14,469 bases of DNA, taken from Patescibacteria group bacterium (GTDB lineage: Bacteria; Patescibacteriota; Microgenomatia; UBA1400; PJMF01). The notes under the pieces are model-generated. The model was not told the origin of the DNA. It saw only the letters and a list, made by a program, of their open reading frames with translations, and ran no database searches. Below are positions 6,767 through 13,414 of this stretch, piece by piece. The first letter of the stretch is position 1. Every line of letters starts with the position of its first letter. The stretch lies in contig DASVCZ010000075.1 of the NCBI GenBank assembly GCA_036381335.1, positions 1 to 14,469 on the forward strand, written 5' to 3'. The position numbers and the translations under genes were made by a program.

Positions 6767-7843
6767 TTAATCCACTTCCCACCGAGGTTTGCGCTCGAGT
6801 TGGGTCATGTCTTTCACAAATTCATGTCGTTGATATTTAAATGAAGCGGTGATGCCAATCATGGCGGCGTTGTCACCACAGAGGCGTTTCGAGTAGGGAA
6901 CGTGAAGCTGGAGAGTACGACCTGACTTTTTCAACGTCTCTCGAATCGCTTTTCTGAGGGTCATATTAGCCGCCACGCCACCTCCCAGAAAAACAGCCGT
7001 GATTTGTGGATAGTCCGCCAAGACTTTTTCTAGTTTGTAGGTGATATGACGAAAGACTGCTCGTTGGAAAGAGGCGCAGAAGTCATAGGTTTGCTGAGCA
7101 GATAACTGGTGACCATTGGCTGTCAGTTTTTCAATTAAGTTGCGACTATGCGTTTTCATTCCAGAGAAACTGAGATTGTAATCACCGCTGGTGGTCATAG
7201 GGAGAGGGAAATCATAGGCAGTGGTATCGCCCTTTTTGGCAAATTGCTCAATCACTGGTCCGGCTGGGTACCCTAGATCCAACATCCGGCCGACTTTGTC
7301 CAGGCATTCACCGGCGGCGTCATCGATAGTCCAGCCCAAGCGCTCATATGAACCAACTTCGTTGATAAGAACAAATTCTGAATGGCCGCCGGAGATAACC
7401 AGTGACAGCACATTAGTTAGTGGCTGAACCGTTTCTGACTTGGGAATCAACTGGTTGCGTTGAGCGAGTGGTGACAGCACATGAGCTTCTATATGATTGA
7501 TGGCGATGAGAGGTTTGTTGTCTTTGATAGCCAGCTCTTTAGCTTTACTAATCCCGACTTCCAAGGCGGGTGCTAAGCCAGGGCCTTGGGTGACGGCAAT
7601 GGCGTCCAGCTGATCGGCGGTGACGCGCGCGCGCTTAAGGGCGACTGCAATCGTTTGATTAATATTTTCCTTATGGGCTTGCTTGGCCACGGTGGGAAAG
7701 ACGCCGCCGTACGGCCGGTGCAGTTCAGCTTGCGAAGCCACCACGTTGGATACCACCGTTACTCCCCGGGTGACGGCGGCGGCGGTTTCGTCACACGAAG
7801 TATCGATAGCGAGAATCAGTGGTTGCGTCTTAAGCTTGTCCAT
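6767..7843 (-). CDS. tsaD: tRNA N6-adenosine threonylcarbamoyltransferase TsaD (Kae1/Gcp/YgjD family)
   Basis: MDKLKTQPLILAIDTSCDETAAAV (canonical LGIETSCD start). Metal-binding HxEAH region (INHIEAHVLS). SGG(V)xxN signature (GGGVAANMTLRKAI). SD AGGAG upstream on the minus strand. Stop TAA 6769-6767. Confidence 0.9.
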   Translation of the reverse strand: MDKLKTQPLILAIDTSCDETAAAVTRGVTVVSNVVASQAELHRPYGGVFPTVAKQAHKENINQTIAVALKRARVTADQLDAIAVTQGPGLAPALEVGISKAKELAIKDNKPLIAINHIEAHVLSPLAQRNQLIPKSETVQPLTNVLSLVISGGHSEFVLINEVGSYERLGWTIDDAAGECLDKVGRMLDLGYPAGPVIEQFAKKGDTTAYDFPLPMTTSGDYNLSFSGMKTHSRNLIEKLTANGHQLSAQQTYDFCASFQRAVFRHITYKLEKVLADYPQITAVFLGGGVAANMTLRKAIRETLKKSGRTLQLHVPYSKRLCGDNAAMIGITASFKYQRHEFVKDMTQLERKPRWEVD

Positions 7844-8147
7844 TTTTTCTTCTTTTCTCCTGGGATTTTTGAACTAATTCTGCCATTTCAAGATCAAATT
7901 TTTCTTCTTCTGTCAGCACTTTAGTTTCCTCTAAAGTAAAGAGCTCGTGAACGGAGGTTTGTAAAAAGTGCGCCAATCTCAATGCAATTAAAACCGAGGG
8001 AACTATTTGTCCCTGCTCAATTTTAAATAAGGTACTTCGATTAATGCCAACTCTTTGAGCTAATACTGTCTGAGGAAACTTAGTAGCTTCTCTAAACTTA
8101 GCTACGTTGTTGTATATTTTGAGATGTGGGGGAGGGGGTGTTTTCAT
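7830..8147 (-). CDS. XRE-family helix-turn-helix transcriptional regulator (105 aa from ATG 8147; alternative upstream ATG at 8204 lies inside the operator palindrome)
   Basis: Classic HTH_XRE: ATKFPQTVLAQRVGINRSTLFKIEQGQIVPSVLIALRLAHFLQTSVHELF. Stop TAA (7832-7830) overlaps the tsaD ATG (7843-7841) by 14 nt. Confidence 0.75.
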   Translation of the reverse strand: MKTPPPPHLKIYNNVAKFREATKFPQTVLAQRVGINRSTLFKIEQGQIVPSVLIALRLAHFLQTSVHELFTLEETKVLTEEEKFDLEMAELVQKSQEKRRKNGQA

Positions 8148-8184
8148 ATTTAGGTGTGGAGTTGTGTAGTGTTCGGTGAAAGGT

Positions 8185-8204
8185 ATGTTGCTTAAAAGCA
8201 ACAT
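8185..8204. promoter_or_regulatory. Operator palindrome 1: ATGTTGCTT-aa-AAGCAACAT (perfect 9-bp arms)
   Basis: Verified base by base. 38 nt upstream of the XRE ATG at 8147. Reads ATG TTG CTT... on the minus strand, which is why the track extends the ORF to 8204. Confidence 0.55.
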
Positions 8205-8224
8205 AAGCCTGGATTTTATCTTGA

Positions 8225-8244
8225 GTGTTGCTTTTAAGCAACAC
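8225..8244. promoter_or_regulatory. Operator palindrome 2: GTGTTGCTT-tt-AAGCAACAC (perfect 9-bp arms; same TGTTGCTT core as palindrome 1)
   Basis: Centre-to-centre 40 bp from palindrome 1 (about 4 helical turns, same DNA face). Typical twin-operator arrangement for dimeric HTH repressors. Confidence 0.55.
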
Positions 8245-8260
8245 CCTCTCCGGCGAGAGG
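8245..8260. other. GC-rich hairpin CCTCTC-cggc-GAGAGG immediately 3' of the tsaC-tsaE ORF; weak terminator or attenuator (no T-tract)
   Basis: Perfect 6-bp stem with 4-nt loop, 32 nt after the tsaC-tsaE stop on the minus strand. No following U-run, so readthrough into XRE-tsaD is likely. Confidence 0.3.
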
Positions 8261-8265
8261 TTGTG

Positions 8266-8283
8266 CTGCAAACTCTGCAAACT
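8266..8283. repeat. Perfect tandem duplication of 9-mer CTGCAAACT (x2)
   Basis: Read directly. Lies between the tsaC-tsaE stop (8292) and the hairpin. Confidence 0.5.
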
Positions 8284-8291
8284 CAAAGTGT

Positions 8292-9389
8292 CTACTTGCT
8301 CCATCGCTCTTCAATTGAGATCGTGCGTTCACCTTCTCCCACTTCATTAAAAGTAATATGAACCACTGGCAGTTCGGGTTTTATCCACGTTGCCACTTGG
8401 CTCCACCATTCAATGACTACCACATTCTTTGGCTTCATATACTCATCTAAAGCCAGTTTTTCGAACACTTCTTGTTCATCAACTTTCCAAGCATCACAGT
8501 GCAAAAGCTTTCCCGAAACGCCGTGTCGCTCAAATGCATACTCTTCGCAGTACGAATAGGTCGGCGAGACGATCGTTTCTTTAATGCCTAGAAACTCGGC
8601 TACCCCTTTAGTAAAAATGGTTTTACCCGTGCCCAGAGCCCCGTCTAAGCCCACCACCAACCCCCTGTCCCGAATATCATTCCAGTGTTTGAGCATGAGG
8701 CGACCAGCTAGCTCTTGTGTTTCATCAGGATTAAAAGAATGAAGCACTGTCTGTTCAGAATTCCCATCTTTCTCCAACGTCTGGCCCGCATTTCTCTCCC
8801 GCAACGTAATTGGGGTCGACAGCGTGGTATCGATAACAGTGGACGGTTCGTTGTGAGGTAACTCACCGGCGTCAATAATAAAGTCAATTAAATTTTTTTG
8901 TTTACCTGATAAGCCATCAAAAATATCTTCAATAGAGTAGGGTCGCTTAGCATTGGAAGCATTGGCGGAAGTAGCAGTAATTGGTTTACCAAAGGCTCGC
9001 AACAGTTCCAGCATTAACGGATAATCTGGAATCCGCACGCCCACGGTCCCAAACTCGGAGGCAACGCCTTGAGCAACCTGTCCCTTACTTTTGGAGACCA
9101 CCGTCACCGGCCCCGGCAGAAACCGAGCATACAAATTGCGGGCGCTGTCATTGAGTTCCACATACTCTTCGGCGCTGGTTTGGTCTGGCACCGCGATCGA
9201 CAGCGGTTTACCTTCCCGCCGCGACTTATACGCCAGCAGTTTATCTACCGCTGCTTGATTAGTGGCATCGACTCCGGCCCCATACGTGGTTTCCGTCGGG
9301 AATATGACCAACCCACCCGCATTCAGAACCTCAATCGCTTGCTTGATCACTTCCTCAGAACGAGTATGATTACTTTTCACTACTTTCAT
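8292..9389 (-). CDS. tsaC-tsaE: Fused TsaC (YrdC/Sua5-type L-threonylcarbamoyladenylate synthase) - TsaE (t6A ATPase) protein, 365 aa
   Basis: Track ORF runs to 9698, but the YrdC domain begins at the internal ATG 9389 (MKVVKSNHTRSEEVIKQAIEVLNAGGLVIFPTETTYGAGVDATN; LSIAVPD; PGPVTVV; VGVRIPD; TATSANASN; PSTVIDTT). After a roughly 25-aa linker the TsaE signature follows in the same frame: ETQELAGRLMLKHW...GLVVGLDGALGTGKTIFTKGVAEFLGI...VSPTYSYCEEY...LLHCDAWKV. Stop TAG 8294-8292. Confidence 0.8.
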   Translation of the reverse strand: MKVVKSNHTRSEEVIKQAIEVLNAGGLVIFPTETTYGAGVDATNQAAVDKLLAYKSRREGKPLSIAVPDQTSAEEYVELNDSARNLYARFLPGPVTVVSKSKGQVAQGVASEFGTVGVRIPDYPLMLELLRAFGKPITATSANASNAKRPYSIEDIFDGLSGKQKNLIDFIIDAGELPHNEPSTVIDTTLSTPITLRERNAGQTLEKDGNSEQTVLHSFNPDETQELAGRLMLKHWNDIRDRGLVVGLDGALGTGKTIFTKGVAEFLGIKETIVSPTYSYCEEYAFERHGVSGKLLHCDAWKVDEQEVFEKLALDEYMKPKNVVVIEWWSQVATWIKPELPVVHITFNEVGEGERTISIEERWSK

Positions 9390-9399
9390 ATCTGGAGGT

Positions 9400-9405
9400 A
9401 TTATA
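9400..9405 (-). promoter_or_regulatory. -10 box TATAAT (minus strand) for tsaC-tsaE; leaderless or near-leaderless
   Basis: Plus strand ATTATA at 9400-9405 is TATAAT on the minus strand. Ends 10 nt upstream of ATG 9389. No SD (plus-strand ggagg here is antisense). Confidence 0.4.
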
Positions 9406-9437
9406 AGCCATCTGGTAAAGAAAAGAGCACTCTCTGC

Positions 9438-9443
9438 TATAAT
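9438..9443 (+). promoter_or_regulatory. -10 box TATAAT for the divergent 9457 gene; leaderless or near-leaderless
   Basis: TATAAT ends 13 nt before ATG 9457. No SD. Back-to-back with the tsaC-tsaE promoter inside a 67-nt divergent intergenic region. Confidence 0.4.
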
Positions 9444-9456
9444 TGACCTATACCGT

Positions 9457-9789
9457 ATGCCAAACACCCTTCTTCCCTCAGACACAGTCTCGCCGGACGA
9501 AATCAAGTTCGGTTTGTTTGTTAAGAGCCACGAGGTGCAGCAGATTATCAATAGCCTCAAAGAAATTATGCTGCTACCCTCGGCAGAGCGAGTCAAATGG
9601 GTGGAAGAATACCAAGATATCTTGACCGATCTGTTGGATTCCTTTATGGAAGACTCCGTCTTAGCGATGGATGGTTTGCAATTAGACTCCGAAGGCATGG
9701 ATTTATCGGTAGAACTGGTAGCTAATATCCGGGAAGTGATGAACTCTCTCCAAACTATTCTCTCAGACGCCCGCGTACTCGAGAGCTAA
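9457..9789 (+). CDS. Hypothetical acidic helical protein, 110 aa; first gene of the yidC-SPFH operon
   Basis: ATG start. Stop TAA 9787-9789, 8 nt before yidC ATG. Strongly acidic (many D/E). No recognisable motif. Confidence 0.5.
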   Translation: MPNTLLPSDTVSPDEIKFGLFVKSHEVQQIINSLKEIMLLPSAERVKWVEEYQDILTDLLDSFMEDSVLAMDGLQLDSEGMDLSVELVANIREVMNSLQTILSDARVLES

Positions 9790-9797
9790 AGGATTTT

Positions 9798-10589
9798 ATG
9801 TTCGTGGTTGATCTGTTTATTGCCTTTATCTATCAACCGTTTCTCAATTTATTGGTCTTCATCTATTGGCTGCTGGGGCTAGGTACTCAAGGACAACCAG
9901 ACATGGGAGTGGCAGTTATTATTTTGAGTGTCATTATTCGAGTCATTTTGTTGCCGATGTCGCTGACAGGCTCTAGGTCTGAACCCAAGAAAAGGGAAAT
10001 TGCGGATAAAGTTCGCCAGCTGCATGAGCTGTATGCGTCCGATCCGGTCAAGTTTAAACAAGAAAAAAAGAAAATTTTCAAAAAAAGTACCCCAGTAGTG
10101 GTGGGTGAGATAATTTCTTTAGTGGTTCAGGTAGTAACTGCCTTAATGTTGTGGAAGATTTTTGCGTCTGGGTTAAGTGGCCAAGACTTGCATTTACTCT
10201 ATGACTTTATGCCTCGAGTGGAGATGCCGTTTAACTTAAATTTCTTAGGTAGGTATGATCTAACGCACACCAGCTTGACGCTTAACTTGTTGCAATCTGT
10301 GTTAATTTTTATTCTGGAGACGGTCTCGTTGTACACGTCTCCGTACCCGACGTCGCGCCATGAGGTCATCCGGCTGCAGTTAATTTTACCGGTGGTGTCG
10401 TTTATCATCTTCATGGGCTTGCCGGCGGGGAAAAAATTATTTGTGATTACGGCGCTGTGTTTTAGTATTGTACTAACGATAGTCAAGGCAGTGCGGCGTC
10501 GATTTCTCGAGTATCAAGATGAAGTGGCGGCCCGAGAAGCTGCCGAAAACTTGCCCAGTGACGAGCGAGTAGTTGTCGAGGTAAAATAA
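9798..10589 (+). CDS. yidC: YidC/Oxa1-family membrane protein insertase (short form)
   Basis: SD aaagga. AVIILSVIIRVILLPMSLTGSRSEPKKREIADKVRQLHELYASDPVKFKQEKKKIFKK matches the conserved YidC TM-Arg / KYKDDP region. Multiple further TM helices. 263 aa. Confidence 0.75.
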   Translation: MFVVDLFIAFIYQPFLNLLVFIYWLLGLGTQGQPDMGVAVIILSVIIRVILLPMSLTGSRSEPKKREIADKVRQLHELYASDPVKFKQEKKKIFKKSTPVVVGEIISLVVQVVTALMLWKIFASGLSGQDLHLLYDFMPRVEMPFNLNFLGRYDLTHTSLTLNLLQSVLIFILETVSLYTSPYPTSRHEVIRLQLILPVVSFIIFMGLPAGKKLFVITALCFSIVLTIVKAVRRRFLEYQDEVAAREAAENLPSDERVVVEVK

Positions 10590-10592
10590 GGT

Positions 10593-11219
10593 ATGGAATT
10601 TGATCGCTTAGTGGTTTCCTTTATGGTTGATGAAGTCGTGGGTGGCTTCTTCATTTCTGTCCCTCCGGGTCACGTGGCCTGTGTCTACGACCGTGGTCGG
10701 GGCGTGTTACCTCGAGTCTGGGGGCCTGGTCTTCACTTAAAGATTCCTTTTTGGCAGATTGCCAAGCTTTTTAATGCCCAAGTGTTGGAGTTTTCCATTG
10801 CTGAAGGGTTTGACTTTTCTCATAACAAAGAAGCGCTGGGTGATACTGCTATTACTACCACTACGAAAGATGGGCACGATATTACGGTAGAAGGCTCCAT
10901 TTTGTTCCGGATTGACCGCGAAAATGCTCCCGAACTCTGGGAAAATCTGGGAGAAAATGTGGTCTCTAAGGTGGTGCGGCCATTTTCGCGAAGTCGAGTC
11001 TCTTCCGTCGTTGCCGAACTGACCCTCGATCAAATCAAACAACACCGCAACCAGGTAGAGCAGATCATCAAAGACGACCTCAACGAACACTTCAAGAACC
11101 GCGGTCTCAACTGCGAAGGCTTCTTGCTCAACCGAGTAAAGAAGGTCGAACACGGCCATGTGCAGACGATTTTGCAGGCAGAGGCTGCGCCTGAAGCCAA
11201 CCAGACTGAGCTTAATTGA
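10593..11219 (+). CDS. SPFH/band-7 (stomatin/prohibitin-like) domain protein
   Basis: ATG 3 nt after the yidC stop (operon). GPGLHLKIPFWQ ... DGHDITVEGSILFRIDRENAPELWENLG ... typical SPFH core. 208 aa. Confidence 0.65.
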   Translation: MEFDRLVVSFMVDEVVGGFFISVPPGHVACVYDRGRGVLPRVWGPGLHLKIPFWQIAKLFNAQVLEFSIAEGFDFSHNKEALGDTAITTTTKDGHDITVEGSILFRIDRENAPELWENLGENVVSKVVRPFSRSRVSSVVAELTLDQIKQHRNQVEQIIKDDLNEHFKNRGLNCEGFLLNRVKKVEHGHVQTILQAEAAPEANQTELN

Positions 11220-11241
11220 CCCCAGTTCTCTTTCTCTCCGC

Positions 11242-11270
11242 TTGACACTTCTTTAGCAGCCTATTAAGAT
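11242..11270 (+). promoter_or_regulatory. Candidate promoter for groES-groEL: TTGACA (11242-11247), 17 nt spacer, TAAGAT (11265-11270)
   Basis: Perfect -35 hexamer and a 4/6 -10. About 85-nt leader to groES ATG. No canonical CIRCE (TTAGCACTC-N9-GAGTGCTAA) found. The leader instead carries direct repeats TTAGCAGCC (11253-11261) and CTAGCAGTC (11279-11287). Confidence 0.4.
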
Positions 11271-11359
11271 ATCTACCGCTAGCAGTCTCTCGATTTATTT
11301 GCTAAAATCAGAATCTGCTCAACATTTTCAACAGTAATAAGTAGTATTGTAAGGAATCT

Positions 11360-11665
11360 ATGGCCAAGACTCTCTCAGTCTCTCAAATCAAACCTCTCGC
11401 TGGCTACATCTTAGTCGAACCAGCCGACACCGAAAAACAAACCGCTTCTGGCATCTACTTGCCTGACTCTCATGAAGAAAAACCCCAACACGGGACTGTG
11501 TTAGCCGTGGGTGCTCCCGCTATGATCGAGGGCGCCGAAGTTAAAGCCCAGGTTAAAAAAGGCGATCAAGTCCTCTACAAAAAATGGGGTGGCAACGAAG
11601 TCAAGATTGACGACAAAGAGTATCAAATCCTCAAGTTCGAGGATGTATTAGCCGTACTAGGCTAA
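11360..11665 (+). CDS. groES: Co-chaperonin GroES (Hsp10)
   Basis: 101 aa. LKPLAGYILVEPADTEKQTASGIYLPDS...GTVLAVG...KKGDQVLYKKWGGNEVKIDDKEYQIL. SD aagga. Confidence 0.95.
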   Translation: MAKTLSVSQIKPLAGYILVEPADTEKQTASGIYLPDSHEEKPQHGTVLAVGAPAMIEGAEVKAQVKKGDQVLYKKWGGNEVKIDDKEYQILKFEDVLAVLG

Positions 11666-11712
11666 GTTTAGAAATTAAAAATTAGTAATTAGAGATTTTT
11701 CCGGAGGAAACT

Positions 11713-13335
11713 ATGGCAGCCAAACAACTCAAATTCGGGGACGAAGCCCGACAAAAAATGTTAGCCGGTATTAATAAATTAGCCGCTGCGGTCACCACGA
11801 CCCTGGGTCCCCGTGGTCGCAACGTAGCCATTGATAAGTCATGGGGTTCGCCCACTGTCTTGCACGATGGTGTGAGTGTGGCTAAAGAAATCACTTTGGA
11901 AGATAAGTTTGAAAACATGGGGGCTCAGTTAGTCAAGGAAGCCGCTAGCAAAACCAACGACGCAGCTGGAGACGGAACTACCACTGCTACGTTATTGGCT
12001 CAACAAATCAGTGTCAAAGGCATGAAGTATGTGACCGCGGGTACCAATCCCATGTTAATGAAAAAGGGTATTGATCGCGCAGTCGACGCCGCCGTAGCTG
12101 AAATCCGCCGCTTAGCTAAACCTGTTAAGCCAGAAGATTGGGAAAAAGTAGCTACTTTATCGGCTCAGAACGAAGAAATTGGGAAAAAAATTGCTGAAGC
12201 CTTGAAGCTGGTAGGTAAAGATGGCTTGATCGAAGTGGAAGAGGGTAAAACCATGGACATCACCATCGAGCACAAGCAAGGGATGGTCTTTGATAAAGGC
12301 TATGCTTCACCCTACTTCGTCAGTAACCCTGATGAGATGGAAGCGGTGATTGAAAGCCCATATATCTTAGTCACCGATCAAAAGATCTCTTCCATTCAAG
12401 ACTTGTTACCAATGCTCGAAAAACTGATGCAGGTCAGCAAAAACTTTGTCATCATTGCCGAAGACATTGAAGGCGAAGCCTTAACCACGCTGGTGGTTAA
12501 CAAACTCCGCGGTGCCTTTAACGGCTTAGCGCTCAAAGCCCCAGGCTTTGGTGATCGCCGCAAAGCTATGTTGCAAGACATTGCTGTCTTGACCGGTGCC
12601 AACTACATTTCCAGTGAAACGGGCCGGCAATTAAAAGACGTAACGGTGGAAGACTTGGGTCGAGCTGACAGTGTTCGCTCTACCAAAGATGAAACCAGAA
12701 TCGTCGGTGGCAAAGGCAAGAAAAACGATATTAATGGTCGAGTAGCTCAAATTGAAGCCGAAATTGCCAAGACCACTTCCGACTTTGATAAAGAGAAGTT
12801 GCTCGAACGCAAAGCTAAACTGGCTGGTGGCGTAGCTACCATTCAAGTTGGCGCTTCCACCGAAGTGGAAATGAAGAACTTGCAAGAGCGAGTCAAAGAC
12901 GCTAAAGAAGCCACCAAAGCTGCTATCGAATCAGGCATTATTCCTGGCGGTGGGGTGACGTACATTCAGGCTCGCAAAGCGTTAGCCACACTCAAGGGCG
13001 TCAGTAGTGATGAGCAGACAGGTATCGATCTCATCCGCGAAGTCTTGGATCAACCGCTGCGAATGTTGGCTACCAACAGCGGTGTTGACGCTGGCTGGGT
13101 CGTCAAGCAAGTTGAAGGTAAGGATGATCCTACCTACGGCTTTAACGCCTTAACTAATGAATTTGGTAACATGGTCAACGCAGGCGTCATCGAACCGGCT
13201 AAGGTGGAAATTGAAGCCCTTAAAAACGCTGCTTCCGTGGCCAGTATGATTTTAACCACTGAGGCTTTGATCACCGACATCCCAGAAGAAAAGAAAGCTG
13301 CTCCCGCAGCTCCAGACATGAGTGGGATGATGTAA
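11713..13335 (+). CDS. groEL: Chaperonin GroEL (Hsp60)
   Basis: 540 aa. SD ggagg. AAGDGTTTATLLAQ ATP-binding motif. C-terminal PDMSGMM tail. Divergent from textbook Firmicutes/Proteobacteria GroEL at the N-terminus. Confidence 0.97.
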   Translation: MAAKQLKFGDEARQKMLAGINKLAAAVTTTLGPRGRNVAIDKSWGSPTVLHDGVSVAKEITLEDKFENMGAQLVKEAASKTNDAAGDGTTTATLLAQQISVKGMKYVTAGTNPMLMKKGIDRAVDAAVAEIRRLAKPVKPEDWEKVATLSAQNEEIGKKIAEALKLVGKDGLIEVEEGKTMDITIEHKQGMVFDKGYASPYFVSNPDEMEAVIESPYILVTDQKISSIQDLLPMLEKLMQVSKNFVIIAEDIEGEALTTLVVNKLRGAFNGLALKAPGFGDRRKAMLQDIAVLTGANYISSETGRQLKDVTVEDLGRADSVRSTKDETRIVGGKGKKNDINGRVAQIEAEIAKTTSDFDKEKLLERKAKLAGGVATIQVGASTEVEMKNLQERVKDAKEATKAAIESGIIPGGGVTYIQARKALATLKGVSSDEQTGIDLIREVLDQPLRMLATNSGVDAGWVVKQVEGKDDPTYGFNALTNEFGNMVNAGVIEPAKVEIEALKNAASVASMILTTEALITDIPEEKKAAPAAPDMSGMM

Positions 13336-13365
13336 CGTGATCTGACTACTTAAAAAAATAAAGAA

Positions 13366-13401
13366 AAGCCCTATCAAATTGATAAATGATGGGGCTTTTT
13401 G
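13366..13401 (+). terminator. Rho-independent terminator of groESL: AAAGCCC - 19-nt loop - GGGCTTTTT
   Basis: 7-bp G/C-containing stem (13367-13373 / 13393-13399) followed by TTTTT. Loop contains an inner palindrome ATCAA-t-TTGAT. Lies 31 nt after the groEL stop. Confidence 0.6.
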
Positions 13402-13414
13402 GTATCATGCGATA

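Noticed and set aside
7221-7924. Plus-strand ORFs 7221-7427, 7586-7924 and 7683-7877 antisense to tsaD/XRE
   Set aside because: Shadow ORFs of the well-supported tsaD. Low-complexity Gly/Pro-rich translations.
8148-8204. 5' extension of the XRE ORF to ATG 8204 (MLLLSNIPFTEH…)
   Set aside because: This ATG is itself the end of the operator palindrome, and the extension adds 19 residues with no HTH relevance. Kept as an alternative start, not the primary call.
9069-9625. Plus-strand ORFs 9069-9446 and 9443-9625 overlapping tsaC-tsaE and the 9457 gene
   Set aside because: Antisense to or out of frame with supported genes. Arg/Cys-rich junk translation.
9390-9698. N-terminal 103 codons of the track ORF 8292-9698
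   Set aside because: The YrdC domain starts at the internal ATG 9389, preceded by a TATAAT box. The upstream part has no similarity and would run across the divergent promoter.
11220-11359. CIRCE/HrcA operator upstream of groES
   Set aside because: Searched for TTAGCACTC-N9-GAGTGCTAA-like inverted repeat. Only direct repeats were found.
10737-13319. Minus-strand ORFs inside the SPFH gene and groEL (10737-11159, 11030-11248, 11682-11918, 12396-12602, 12631-12885, 13134-13319)
   Set aside because: Shadow ORFs opposite strongly supported genes.
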